Positions 17,662 to 27,252 are shown, counted from the stretch's first letter. The stretch: DNA of 32,000 bases from Candidatus Saccharimonadota bacterium (GCF_013365475.1 NZ_CP046579.1:570001-602000); one strand, 5' to 3'. The notes: generated from the sequence alone by a model not told the origin. Numbers and translations: made by a program.

Positions 17662-18459
17662 ATGAAAAGTAGTATAATAAGCAAAATTCCCTATGTAATA
17701 AAGATGCATGGTACTGGCAATAACTTTATTATCATAGACTCACGGTTAACAGATAGTTTAGAATGGAGATACAGAGAAATCGCCAATCAGAACAGCTGTG
17801 ATCAAATAATAGTTATAACTAACTCCAGTATAGCTGATTGCTTCATGCATATTTATAATGCTGACGGAAGCAAAGTTGAGACATGTGGGAATGCAGCCCA
17901 TTGTGTTGGGTACTTAATAATGTCGGAAAAAAGTACTGAGTACGCTACCATTGAGCTAGTGAATAAGCGTATCTTAGAGTGCTTTAAGATTGGAAACAAA
18001 TTTATAAAGGTAAATATGGGCAAACCTTTTCTTAGGTGGCATGAAATTCCTCTATCCATCGAGTGTGACACTCTTCACTTGCCTATAAAACTTGAGATGC
18101 TTAAAGAACCAGCCGCAGTAAACATTGGCAACCCACATATGGTCTTTTTTGTTGATAATATAGACAAAATACCATTGCTAAGCTTGGGACCAAAATTAGA
18201 AAATCATATTCTCTTCCCAAAGAAAACCAATGTTAGCATTGTTCAGATTGAAAAATCTGGAGAAATAGCTTTAAGAGTATGGGAAAGAGGTACAGGTATC
18301 ACCGCTTCATGTAGTAGCGCAGCTTGTGCAGCATTTATTGCAGCTGTACTTCGTAGGTACCTAGTCACCAGGCAAACCTCAGTAAACTCACCAGGAGGGA
18401 AATTACTAGTTGAATGGGCAAATGATGTATTTGTAACTGGTAACATAGGGTTTTTATAA
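17662..18459 (+). CDS. dapF: Diaminopimelate epimerase
   Basis: 265 aa. MHGTGNNFIIID start motif, first catalytic Cys in ETCGNAAHC, second in GITASCSSAACA. Confidence 0.93.
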   Translation: MKSSIISKIPYVIKMHGTGNNFIIIDSRLTDSLEWRYREIANQNSCDQIIVITNSSIADCFMHIYNADGSKVETCGNAAHCVGYLIMSEKSTEYATIELVNKRILECFKIGNKFIKVNMGKPFLRWHEIPLSIECDTLHLPIKLEMLKEPAAVNIGNPHMVFFVDNIDKIPLLSLGPKLENHILFPKKTNVSIVQIEKSGEIALRVWERGTGITASCSSAACAAFIAAVLRRYLVTRQTSVNSPGGKLLVEWANDVFVTGNIGFL

Positions 18460-18465
18460 CAAATC

Positions 18466-19344
18466 TTAAACCTGATACATCACTTCTAAAACTTTTCTAC
18501 CAATTGCTGCTGGAGTATCTGCAATCGCAATTCCAACACTTCTCATAACCTCTAACTTTGCAGCAGCACTTCCACTACTAGAGGAGATAATAGCTCCAGC
18601 GTGCCCCATACGCCTTCCTGGAGGTGCTGTCTGACCAGCTACAAATCCAATAACTGGCTTTTTAGTTTTCTCTGCCTCTACAAAGTTTGACACATCCTCT
18701 TCTTCACTCCCACCTATCTCACCAATAATTACAATACCGTGAGTACTATCGTCTTTTAAGAATAGTTCCATACAATCGACAAACGTCATTCCGTGAATAG
18801 GATCACCTCCAATCCCGACACATGTTGACTGACCAAGACCAACAGCAGTTGTCTGCGCTACCGCTTCATAGGTTAAAGTTCCAGAACGAGACATAATCCC
18901 TATATGCCCACGCTTGTGAATATAACCAGGCATAATTCCTATTTTACATTCTTCGGGAGTAATAATTCCTGGACAATTTGGGCCAATTAACCTACTTTTT
19001 GAACCTACAAGGGTACATTTGACTTTCACCATATCAAGTATTGGGATACCTTCTGTAATACAAATTATTAGCTCTATCTCTGCATCTATTGCCTCAAGTA
19101 TTGCATCAGCAGCAAACTTAGCAGGTACATATATTACTGTAGCATTTGCACCAGTTTTTTCTTTAGCTTCTATCACAGTATTAAAGACTGGCAAGTCAAG
19201 ATGAGTATTTCCACCCTTACCAGGGGTCACCCCACCAACTACCTTCGTTCCATAACTAATCGCTTGTACTGAGTGGAATGTACCCTGTACACCAGTAAAA
19301 CCCTGGCATATTAATCTTGTATCTTTATTTACTAAAATAGACAT
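18466..19344 (-). CDS. sucD: Succinyl-CoA ligase (ADP-forming) alpha subunit
   Basis: 292 aa. [13 protein letters not shown], and the phosphohistidine loop RRMGHAGAI. It overlaps the sucC 3' end by 13 nt. Confidence 0.97.
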   Translation of the reverse strand: MSILVNKDTRLICQGFTGVQGTFHSVQAISYGTKVVGGVTPGKGGNTHLDLPVFNTVIEAKEKTGANATVIYVPAKFAADAILEAIDAEIELIICITEGIPILDMVKVKCTLVGSKSRLIGPNCPGIITPEECKIGIMPGYIHKRGHIGIMSRSGTLTYEAVAQTTAVGLGQSTCVGIGGDPIHGMTFVDCMELFLKDDSTHGIVIIGEIGGSEEEDVSNFVEAEKTKKPVIGFVAGQTAPPGRRMGHAGAIISSSSGSAAAKLEVMRSVGIAIADTPAAIGRKVLEVMYQV

Positions 19345-20507
19345 GCTTTATTTACCTCTTTCACTATTCCCTGTGCAGCTTCATCTAGTTCATCTGTAGC
19401 AATAACACTCAACTCTGAATTCTCTAAGATTTTTCTACCATCTTCAAAATTAGTACCTGATAATCTAACCACCAGAGGAACTCTGATACTCATTCCTTTT
19501 GCAGCTTCAACAATTCCACTTGCAACAACATCACAACGCATTATCCCACCAAATATATTAACTAAAATTCCTTTTACATTTCTATCAGATAAGATAATCC
19601 TAAATGCTCTAGTGACAGTTTCCTCACTTGCTCCACCTCCAATATCCAAAAAATTTGCAGGTTCTCCTCCGTAGTATTTTATTATATCCATTGTTGCCAT
19701 AGCAAGACCTGCACCATTCACCATGCAACCAATATTACCACCCATTTTTATATAACTAAAACCATGCTTTGCAGCTTCTATCTCTTCCTTTACTTCTTCA
19801 TCATAATCGCGGAGCTCCATAATTTCTGGATGGCGGTATAGAGCATTGTCATCAAAATTAATTTTTGCATCAAGAGCAACAAAATTCCCTGAATCTGTTT
19901 CAGCTAATGGATTAATCTCTATTTGGCTTGCATCAGTCGCAATAAATGCATTATATATGCTCTTTGCGATGTTTGTTATTTTTTCTATTTGCTTTTGATT
20001 AAAGTTAAAAGCACTGTTTAATTTTCTACTGTCAAAACTTGCAAAACCAGAAGCAGGATCAATATTAAGCTTTACAATTTTTGTAGGGAATTTTTTTGCA
20101 ACTTTTTCAATGTCAATACCACCTTCTGAAGAAAATATAAACACTGGCTTACTTAATTTCAGATCAATTGCTAAACTTAAATAATACTCTTTCTTAATAC
20201 TTAAACTTTCTTCAATGTACACTTTTTTTACTTTCTGGCCATCTGAGCCTGTTTGATAAGTTACCAAGGTCTTGCCAAGCATATCCTTTACAAGCTGTTG
20301 AGCTTCCTCAGCTGACTTTGCTAGCTTTATACCACCAGCTTTACCCCTTCCACCCGCATGAATCTGAGCCTTAACCACAAACACGTTAGACTTTAGATGA
20401 CTCATTCGAGTCTCTACTTCTTCTGCAGATGTAGTGACAAAACCCCTCAATACTGGAACATTGAACTTACGTAAAACCTTTTTTGCTTGATATTCATGAA
20501 TATTCAT
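19332..20507 (-). CDS. sucC: Succinyl-CoA ligase (ADP-forming) beta subunit
   Basis: 391 aa. [24 protein letters not shown], and the ATP-grasp layout. Confidence 0.97.
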   Translation of the reverse strand: MNIHEYQAKKVLRKFNVPVLRGFVTTSAEEVETRMSHLKSNVFVVKAQIHAGGRGKAGGIKLAKSAEEAQQLVKDMLGKTLVTYQTGSDGQKVKKVYIEESLSIKKEYYLSLAIDLKLSKPVFIFSSEGGIDIEKVAKKFPTKIVKLNIDPASGFASFDSRKLNSAFNFNQKQIEKITNIAKSIYNAFIATDASQIEINPLAETDSGNFVALDAKINFDDNALYRHPEIMELRDYDEEVKEEIEAAKHGFSYIKMGGNIGCMVNGAGLAMATMDIIKYYGGEPANFLDIGGGASEETVTRAFRIILSDRNVKGILVNIFGGIMRCDVVASGIVEAAKGMSIRVPLVVRLSGTNFEDGRKILENSELSVIATDELDEAAQGIVKEVNKACLF

Positions 20508-20527
20508 AAAAGAACCAATATAAATTA

Positions 20528-20734
20528 TTATAAATTACCAACTATAACGTTGTCTTCTACTCTCTTGCTGACGCCTTTTTTTTTAACTTCAGCTTTCTTT
20601 TTAGCTCTTATTTCTGATTTCTTTTCATGATACTGCTTCTTTATTTTTACTCCTCTTCCTTCTTTTTGAATTGTTTTTTTCAATATTGGGAAAGCTCTAT
20701 TTACATCACCATAATGAACTGATACTTCAATCAA
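20528..20734 (-). CDS. rpsU: 30S ribosomal protein S21
   Basis: 68 aa with a TTG start. [23 protein letters not shown]...[15 protein letters not shown] follows the alphaproteobacterial S21 pattern (V..N.V..AL..LKKK.QREG...YEKPSE.R...KAE). Confidence 0.88.
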   Translation of the reverse strand: MIEVSVHYGDVNRAFPILKKTIQKEGRGVKIKKQYHEKKSEIRAKKKAEVKKKGVSKRVEDNVIVGNL

Positions 20735-20772
20735 ACTTCTACCCCCACTTCTATAACTATCTCAAAAACCTA

Positions 20773-20801
20773 CTTATAAATTAGAAAATTAACGTTGTCA
20801 A
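20773..20801 (-). promoter_or_regulatory. Candidate sigma-70 promoter for rpsU (possibly rpsU-sucCD)
   Basis: The minus strand reads TTGACA (20801-20796), a 17-nt spacer acgttaattttctaatt, then TATAAG (20778-20773), about 38 nt upstream of the TTG start. Confidence 0.45.
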
Positions 20802-20929
20802 TTATTTTATAAACTAAGCATTAAGTTGCAATATAACTGAAACGCAAAACTCTTCTTACTAAGATACTAAAGTACTCTAATTTGCAATATATAAGACTAT
20901 TTCACATAGGTAAGTAAAGATAAGCCATA

Positions 20930-21430
20930 TTAGTTAAAGTTCTCACTACTCAGGTTACTCCTTTGCCGTTGACTCTGCTCATACATAGATTCAAAATCTA
21001 TGGGATCTAATATAAGAGAAGGAAATCCAGCACTGCTCGTAACCCTTGCAATTATTTCCCTCGCAAAAGGAAAAAGAAAAGTAGATCCACCAATAAACAA
21101 TGCTTGCCTTACCCCTTCTGCACTCAGCTTTGCAGAGTTTCCTATTGAAAAAACACCACAATATTTTGTTTCACAAATAAAAGCAATACCATCCTTTACG
21201 TTTTCACCTTCTACCATAGCTTTTGCTTCTATATGTAAGGTAACTTCATGGAAAGACTTTTCTCTATCGTTTCTTCTTTCACATTCAGCTCTTTCCAATT
21301 TCACTGAATTAACATTAACCATCACGTTAATACTTGGAGCTTCCTTTGAAAAAAGGAATGGTGAATTTGGATTCTCGAACGATAGATCTTTAATATATTG
21401 GCCATGAATTTTCATTTCGCGTTGCAACAT
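20930..21430 (-). CDS. secB: Protein-export chaperone SecB
   Basis: 166 aa. YIKDLSFENPNSP parallels E. coli IYTKDISFEAPNAP. The true start may be the Met at residue 6 (MKIHGQ). Confidence 0.88.
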   Translation of the reverse strand: MLQREMKIHGQYIKDLSFENPNSPFLFSKEAPSINVMVNVNSVKLERAECERRNDREKSFHEVTLHIEAKAMVEGENVKDGIAFICETKYCGVFSIGNSAKLSAEGVRQALFIGGSTFLFPFAREIIARVTSSAGFPSLILDPIDFESMYEQSQRQRSNLSSENFN

Positions 21431-21593
21431 TTCTTACATCTCCATAATTTAAGTTGAAGTATTTAACATTTTCTTCTACAATATATTCATCTGAAATGAA
21501 TAGCAAATTTAAATCTCAGATTGACGTGAAATAAACACGTTCTTAATAATTAATAATATTTAAGTACTTTATATACTAAGGAGTTGGGTTGCT

Positions 21594-22253
21594 ATGGTAG
21601 AGCTTGTAATATATGCTTTATTAGCTGCATTCATTTTTTCAAGATTATACAGTTCTTTAGGAAAGTTAACAAACCCAAACTTAAGGAAATTGACTAGTGT
21701 GCTAGATATCAGCCAAAGTAACGAAGATGTATCACCAGAAAACATTGAAGACTACATTAGTAGCAACAACAAAAATTTAATAAAAGCTGCCTACGAACAA
21801 ATATTACAAAAAGACAAGAATTTCTCTATCTCACATTTTATGGAGGGTGCAAGCATGGCTTTTGAATTAATAATAAAGTATTTTAATCAGGGAAATCTGT
21901 CTAAATTAAAACCTCTTTTAGATAAAGGCTTATATAGTGACTTTACAGAAAAAATCAAACAACGCAAGGAAACATACGAATCAATAATTGTTTCTATCAC
22001 TTCACAAAAGATTTTAGAAATAAAGCTAATAAAAAATGTGGTGTTTATTGCAGTATATTTCCTCTCAGAGCAAATTAATTTTGTTAAAGACAACAATGGA
22101 AATATCATATCAGGTAGCACATCTACAATTAATAGAGTTGAAGATATGTGGGAATTCAAAAAAAATATTAATTCATCAGATCCAAGCTGGCTGCTTATTT
22201 CTATTAACTATAATAATGATAAGTGTCAAATAATAAATGATAAGGAAGACTAG
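21594..22253 (+). CDS. Tim44-like domain protein with an N-terminal membrane anchor
   Basis: 219 aa. N-terminal hydrophobic helix (LVIYALLAAFIF). The C-terminal domain has the Tim44-like pattern FMEGASMAFELII..F.QGN...L..LL....Y..F...I..R......VEDMWEF.K......W.LISI. AAGGAG SD 10 nt upstream. Confidence 0.8.
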   Translation: MVELVIYALLAAFIFSRLYSSLGKLTNPNLRKLTSVLDISQSNEDVSPENIEDYISSNNKNLIKAAYEQILQKDKNFSISHFMEGASMAFELIIKYFNQGNLSKLKPLLDKGLYSDFTEKIKQRKETYESIIVSITSQKILEIKLIKNVVFIAVYFLSEQINFVKDNNGNIISGSTSTINRVEDMWEFKKNINSSDPSWLLISINYNNDKCQIINDKED

Positions 22254-22259
22254 CATTAT

Positions 22260-22979
22260 TTGAAATTGATTATGGAAAGTAAATTACGAGAAATAGTACT
22301 TGATACTGAAACTACTGGTCTTGACATCGAATTTGGTCATAGGATCATTGAAATAGGATGTATAGAATTGATCAATCGCATCCCAACAGGTAAAGTATTC
22401 CATCATTATCTTAATCCAGAAAGAGATATACCTTACCACTCATTTAAGATTCATGGCATTAGTGAAAAATTTCTGGAGAATAAACCATTATTTTCAGATG
22501 TCGCGTTTGAATTTCTCGACTTCATATCTAGCGATATTTTAGTAATTCATAATGCTGAGTTTGATATAAAATTTCTTAACATGGAGCTTAGTAAATTGAA
22601 TAACGAGTTAATCTCTTCGGAGAGAGTATTAGATACATTGCTACTTGCAAGGAAAAAGTTTGCAGGGTCACCAGCATCCTTAAGCGCATTATGTAAGCGT
22701 TTTAATATCTCGCTAGATGAAAGAGAATTACACGGAGCACTAATTGACGCTCAGTTACTTGCAAAAGTCTACGTTGAGCTTACAGGAGGATTACAAACTT
22801 TCTTGTTTGATGATATCAAATACAGACAAGATAACAATCAAATAGTGACTTACCATAAAGTAGGTAACCTAGCTTGCAGGGAACATTCACCAAGCGATGA
22901 AGAAGTTAATGAACATAAAAAATTGTTAGATAAAATCAACAATCCACTTTGGAAGGAATATATTGAACAAATTAATTAA
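22260..22979 (+). CDS. dnaQ: DNA polymerase III epsilon subunit (3'-5' proofreading exonuclease)
   Basis: Exo motifs VLDTETTGL (I), HNAEFDIKFL (II) and HGALIDAQLLAKVY (III). The track ORF starts at TTG 22260; ATG at 22272 (MESKLREIVLD) is the more likely start. Confidence 0.93.
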   Translation: MKLIMESKLREIVLDTETTGLDIEFGHRIIEIGCIELINRIPTGKVFHHYLNPERDIPYHSFKIHGISEKFLENKPLFSDVAFEFLDFISSDILVIHNAEFDIKFLNMELSKLNNELISSERVLDTLLLARKKFAGSPASLSALCKRFNISLDERELHGALIDAQLLAKVYVELTGGLQTFLFDDIKYRQDNNQIVTYHKVGNLACREHSPSDEEVNEHKKLLDKINNPLWKEYIEQIN

Positions 22980-23014
22980 TAAGATATAATTTTATTTTAT
23001 CAAAAGATATTTTA

Positions 23015-23632
23015 ATGATAGGATTTATAAGATTATTATCTATCATACTAATAGTATTAGCAGCTACTTTCCTCAGTTATTGTTTTTTTACTAAAAAAGG
23101 TATATTCTCCTTAACAGGAGGGATTAACAATGCAGAAGTTAAAATAGGAAGTGAGTTCGCTCTGATTAACCAAGATAATCAAATCATACGTAGTAAAGAT
23201 TTTAAGGATAAGTACATGATGATCTTCTTTGGATTTTCCTCATGTAAAAAGGTTTGTCCTATGAATCTTGGAATAATTTCAGAAATACTTGCAAAGCTAG
23301 ATGAGAAAACTAATGAGAAGCTACAAACATTTTTCATAACAATTGACCCTGAGCGTGATAACATAGAAAAACTTAAAGAATTTCATCAACAATTTGATCA
23401 TAGAATACAAATGTTAACTGGTGAAAGAGAAAAAATAGATGAAGTAATTGCAGGCTATAAAGTATATACCAGCAAAGGTGTGGGAGAAGGGGAAATTAAC
23501 CATTCTTCGGTAATATACCTTATTGGTCCTGGGGGGAAATATATTGCACACTTTGTAGCTGATTTAAACTCAAATGAAAGTCAATCTGATAAGATTGCAA
23601 CTAAGATAAGAAAGTACATAGATGAACTGTAG
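23015..23632 (+). CDS. SCO1/SenC family copper chaperone for cytochrome oxidase assembly
   Basis: 205 aa. N-terminal TM helix, thioredoxin-fold CxxxC (SSCKKVCP), ITIDPERD, and a conserved His in INHSSVIYLIGPGG. Confidence 0.88.
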   Translation: MIGFIRLLSIILIVLAATFLSYCFFTKKGIFSLTGGINNAEVKIGSEFALINQDNQIIRSKDFKDKYMMIFFGFSSCKKVCPMNLGIISEILAKLDEKTNEKLQTFFITIDPERDNIEKLKEFHQQFDHRIQMLTGEREKIDEVIAGYKVYTSKGVGEGEINHSSVIYLIGPGGKYIAHFVADLNSNESQSDKIATKIRKYIDEL

Positions 23633-24078
23633 GCCTTCTTGCTTAGAAGCAGCACATTAATACGTGCACGTGGATTATAATTTTTATAAATACGATACCC
23701 AAATCCTACCAATCTAAACTTTTCTTTATTGTCCCTTACTTTTTTAATAAATTTATCTACATCACCACTTTGCCTTATCTCCTCTAACATACTTGTAGCT
23801 GCTCTATTAGCTGCTTCACCATGAGCTGTCCCCATAAGGTAGCAACTCCCTGCAGATAGACTAGCTAATAAATTGAGGGACCACAGGGTAGATCCACTAA
23901 TCTTACAGCTGTTGTAGAAGCACTTTGCTCATGGTCAGCGTGAAGAGTAAATATTCTTATCTAAAGCTTTTATAAAAAGAGTGCTCTTGTCTTTGTCAAG
24001 AGGTCCCATTGTTGCACTCAATATTGGTAATTCAACCTTCAGTCCATTTTCTAATTCTAATAAAGCTTTTTTGCTCAT
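23633..24078 (-). pseudogene. gltA: Citrate synthase relic (frameshifted, internally deleted, 3'-truncated)
   Basis: The minus strand reads, in three different frames: MSKKALLELENGLKVELPILSATMGPLDKDK... (CS N-terminus), then RIFTLHADHEQSASTTAVRLV, then GSTLWSLNLLASLSAGSCYLMGTAHGEAANRAATSMLEEI...KFRLVGFGYRIYKNYNPRARI. Compare E. coli GltA ILHADHEQNASTSTVR, LWGPAHGGANEA, FRLMGFGHRVYKNYDPRA. There are stops between segments. About 445 nt remain, against roughly 1.25-1.3 kb for an intact gene. Confidence 0.8.
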
Positions 24079-24162
24079 GACCTCACCACTACTAAAGTTT
24101 TATACAAGTAGAGATATACTAATAAAGTATACATAACCTAGTTAACTATAAATTAATCATGC

Positions 24163-24432
24163 TTAAACAGTCATCAATGCCTTTACTTTTGCATTCAAGC
24201 GACTTATTTTACGTGCAGCAGTATTCTTATGAAGAAGGCCTTTATTTACACACTTATGCAAATGAGATTCAGCATTTCGAAATGCTAAAATGATATTTTC
24301 TTTATCACCAGATTTGATTATGTCAACCAACTTTCTAATAGCAGTGCGAGTTTTATTTTTGCGCATTTTATTTATTAAAGTACGTTTTGCTACTACTTTT
24401 ATCATTTTTTTAGCGCTCTTATGATTTACCAT
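24163..24432 (-). CDS. rpsT: 30S ribosomal protein S20
   Basis: 89 aa. MVNHKSAKKMIKVVAKRTLINKMRKNKTRTAIRK parallels E. coli [34 protein letters not shown]. Confidence 0.92.
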   Translation of the reverse strand: MVNHKSAKKMIKVVAKRTLINKMRKNKTRTAIRKLVDIIKSGDKENIILAFRNAESHLHKCVNKGLLHKNTAARKISRLNAKVKALMTV

Positions 24433-24479
24433 ATATATACATAAAACAATGTATTTCCTTTATATTATGGGATTTTCCA

Positions 24480-25205
24480 CTAGTTTACAATACAAGTTTT
24501 TTTTGCGATTAATTTGCTACTTTCTCCTTCAATAGTTTTTTGTAAATTTTTTAAAAATTTTCCTTTGCTTAATCCAGGATATATTGGAGATAATATTTTT
24601 ATTATCGCCTTCCCAGGATTCTTCCTTATGGAGAAGATGCTTTTTGGCCAAAAAAAACCAGTATTTAAAGCAACTGGCAATACAGGAATAGATAATATAC
24701 TATATAAAGCAGCTACACCTGAACGATATTTCACCTTTTGCCCTACAATAGTTCTTGTACCTTCAGGAAATATGATTATGCTCCTATTTTCTTTTATACG
24801 TATCCTAGCTAACTTAATAATATTCTGTATGGAACCGATACTATCCAAGCGGTTGATAAAAATCATATCAAGTGCCATGAGATACAAACCAACAAATGGG
24901 ATCCATCTTAGTTCACGTTTTAAAATAAAAACTGCATTCTTAAATAAGAGCATAAAAATAAATGTCTCGAACGGAGACTGATGCTTAGAAGCTACTATAA
25001 AAGGCTGCTTTGGAATATTTTCCATCCCTCTAATTTCATACTTAATACCACATAATAAGCGAAGCATGTATAATATAACTTTTATTGAAAAAGCAAGGGA
25101 AATAGCTACTATATGTGTAGGGAAAAGGAGTATAGGAATGGTAGCTAAAGTATAAATTACTTCCCACAATATAAGAAAAAAACTAAATAAAAGACTTGAG
25201 ATCAT
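24480..25205 (-). CDS. plsC: 1-acyl-sn-glycerol-3-phosphate acyltransferase
   Basis: 241 aa. N-terminal TM segments, an acyltransferase motif I variant SKHQSPFE (HX4E rather than HX4D), and motif III FPEGTR. Confidence 0.88.
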   Translation of the reverse strand: MISSLLFSFFLILWEVIYTLATIPILLFPTHIVAISLAFSIKVILYMLRLLCGIKYEIRGMENIPKQPFIVASKHQSPFETFIFMLLFKNAVFILKRELRWIPFVGLYLMALDMIFINRLDSIGSIQNIIKLARIRIKENRSIIIFPEGTRTIVGQKVKYRSGVAALYSILSIPVLPVALNTGFFWPKSIFSIRKNPGKAIIKILSPIYPGLSKGKFLKNLQKTIEGESSKLIAKKTCIVN

Positions 25206-25259
25206 AAGTTAAAACAAATTTATTTAAGTTTATCTTACTACAAGCTTAAAACAACAAAT

Positions 25260-26249
25260 TTAACTATTGATCACCTTAGTAATAGGGTGTGAATCGGCTA
25301 ATTTAGCTTTCAGTTTTTTATCAGTAACGTGAGTATATATTTGTGTTGTAGAAAGATTAGTATGACCAAGAATTTTCTGTATTAGCACAATATCTGCTCC
25401 ACTATCTAGTAAGTGAGTAGCAAAAGAATGTCTAACTACATGTGGGGAGATTTTGCTTTCATCAATATTGCATTTTCTCGCTAATTCCTTAATCAATTGA
25501 CCAATTCTTTGCCTTGTAATCGGCTTATTGGGTCTATTACCTGGAAACAACCAATCAGACTCTTTACCTCTTGGTGTCAGATTATGACGAACTAACAAAT
25601 AATTTTTAAGGCTTTTTAGTGCCTGCTCATTAAAAATGATTTGCCTTTCTTTACCACCTTTCCCCTTTATAATTATAAAACATTCTTTATGATTACTACT
25701 TATCAAATGTAACACCTCACATAATTTTATATTAATCAGCTCAGTGATACGCATACCAGAAGAATAAAGAATGTCTAAAATAGCACACAGCCTTTTGTTA
25801 CTTATCTCTTTGTTTGATCCTATCACTGATTTTCTAACTGAATCCATTAATAAAAACATTTTCCTAACACTTAAATGCTTTGGCAAAGGACGTGGAACTT
25901 TTGGACTTTTTAACTCATCATCACTAGCAGGAGCAGGATTAAAAACTACTATCCCATCATTAAATAGGCACTTATAGAAATTTTTCACAGTAGATATTTT
26001 CCTTGATATAGAGCTACTTTTATATTTCTTTTGCGTGTTTAAAAAACTTACATAATCTTTAATGTTGGTTTTGCTTGCACTAACCAAAGTAATACCACTT
26101 TTTAATAAAAAATCTTCAAGCTGCAATAAATCTGAACGATAACTTTCTAAAGTGTTTTGCGTAATAAACCTCTCTGACACAAGAGCATCTATGTAGTATG
26201 TTATATAAAGATTTTCTTTTTTATTCTGTAACTTCCTACTTTGCATCAC
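25260..26249 (-). CDS. xerD: Site-specific tyrosine recombinase XerD
   Basis: 329 aa. The N-terminal ITQNTLESYRSDL matches the XerD LSENTLAAYRRDL pattern. The catalytic region is ISPHVVRHSFATHLLDSGADIVLIQKILGHTNLSTTQIYTHV. The track start is GTG 26249; ATG at 26246 is the likely start. Confidence 0.88.
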   Translation of the reverse strand: MMQSRKLQNKKENLYITYYIDALVSERFITQNTLESYRSDLLQLEDFLLKSGITLVSASKTNIKDYVSFLNTQKKYKSSSISRKISTVKNFYKCLFNDGIVVFNPAPASDDELKSPKVPRPLPKHLSVRKMFLLMDSVRKSVIGSNKEISNKRLCAILDILYSSGMRITELINIKLCEVLHLISSNHKECFIIIKGKGGKERQIIFNEQALKSLKNYLLVRHNLTPRGKESDWLFPGNRPNKPITRQRIGQLIKELARKCNIDESKISPHVVRHSFATHLLDSGADIVLIQKILGHTNLSTTQIYTHVTDKKLKAKLADSHPITKVINS

Positions 26250-26400
26250 TAGTTCTTATATTTATTTCCTTGACTACAGCTTGACCTGAAATATCACTTG
26301 CACCTCTTATAAAAAGAAATAAGAGAAATGAAGCGTTAACTAATATTATAATAAGTAAAAAAAACTTTCGTCTTAATTTTTTCTTTAAATTTGATCTCAT
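26236..26400 (-). CDS. Hypothetical 54-aa single-pass membrane peptide overlapping the xerD start (speculative)
   Basis: My translation is MRSNLKKKLRRKFFLLIIILVNASFLLFLFIRGASDISGQAVVKEINIRTSDAK, with ATG at 26400-26398 and TAG at 26238-26236. It has a basic N-terminus plus one hydrophobic helix, and its stop overlaps xerD codons 4-5. It is below the ORF-track size cut-off. T-rich codons in AT-rich DNA can produce this by chance. Confidence 0.2.
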   Translation of the reverse strand: MRSNLKKKLRRKFFLLIIILVNASFLLFLFIRGASDISGQAVVKEINIRTSDAK

Positions 26401-26562
26401 TCTTACCATACCTAAGTTATAGCATCAAATTTACAGAAATTATCTTACAAACTACTAATATGCTATCTCTTTTCTTCATTGTATCTATAATAATAGATTA
26501 GTTTTATAGCACTAGCGTAATAAAATGGTAGTATATAGTGTTATAAACATCAATAATAAATT

Positions 26563-27252
26563 TTAATTTATATAACAATCATTATTCTTTAGCAAAGCAT
26601 TAATAAATGGGATAGTAATATTTGATCCCATAGATTCATCTATTTTTTCCATAATCTTGTTAACACTATGAAAAGAACGCTCTACTCTTGCTAGAATATA
26701 GTCGATTACTTTCAAATCAACTCTTAGCTGTTTATCTGAAAATCTTTTTATCAACATAATTCTCAATAACTCCCAACTTGCAGGTGGGATTTTCACACTG
26801 ATAGTTGATAACATACGGGAACTCAAATCTTTTAACTTTAAGTTAAGCCCTTTTGGTGAAGCTGAAGAAGTAATAAGCAACCTTTTGTTGTTCTCTTTCA
26901 TGTAATTAAAGCAATGTAACATCATTACTTGATCTTGAATATTTTGTATATCTTCCAAAATAAAAGCATTACTATATCTCATCTCACTCAGAAAATTATT
27001 CTCACTAACAAAGACCGCATTATTTACCGATTGCCAAATATGAGCAAGATGAGTCTTGCCAGAACCTCTAGGTCCAAAGAGAATCAGACACTTCCAAGAT
27101 ATGTCATCAATTACTAAATTGTATACATGCTTATTTTCACATAAAATGATAAAATTTTGCTGACTATAATCAGTTTGATTGTTACTAAATAGATTTAGTT
27201 GCATATTGAACATCTTATTCCTCTTATATACATCATAGTATTTTTTAGCCAT
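26563..27252 (-). CDS. hda: DnaA-related AAA+ protein Hda/HdaA (regulatory inactivation of DnaA)
   Basis: 229 aa. Walker A GPRGSGKTH, Walker B-like AFILEDIQ, a DnaA domain III-like layout at about half DnaA length, and a QLNLF clamp-binding-type motif at residues 18-22. The true start is probably Met14 or Met17. Confidence 0.8.
   Translation of the reverse strand: MAKKYYDVYKRNKMFNMQLNLFSNNQTDYSQQNFIILCENKHVYNLVIDDISWKCLILFGPRGSGKTHLAHIWQSVNNAVFVSENNFLSEMRYSNAFILEDIQNIQDQVMMLHCFNYMKENNKRLLITSSASPKGLNLKLKDLSSRMLSTISVKIPPASWELLRIMLIKRFSDKQLRVDLKVIDYILARVERSFHSVNKIMEKIDESMGSNITIPFINALLKNNDCYIN

Noticed and set aside
24966-24983. The PlsC acyltransferase motif reads HQSPFE (HX4E) instead of the canonical HX4D
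   Set aside because: An acidic residue is conservatively retained and the rest of the protein (FPEGTR and so on) is intact. This is not evidence of inactivation.
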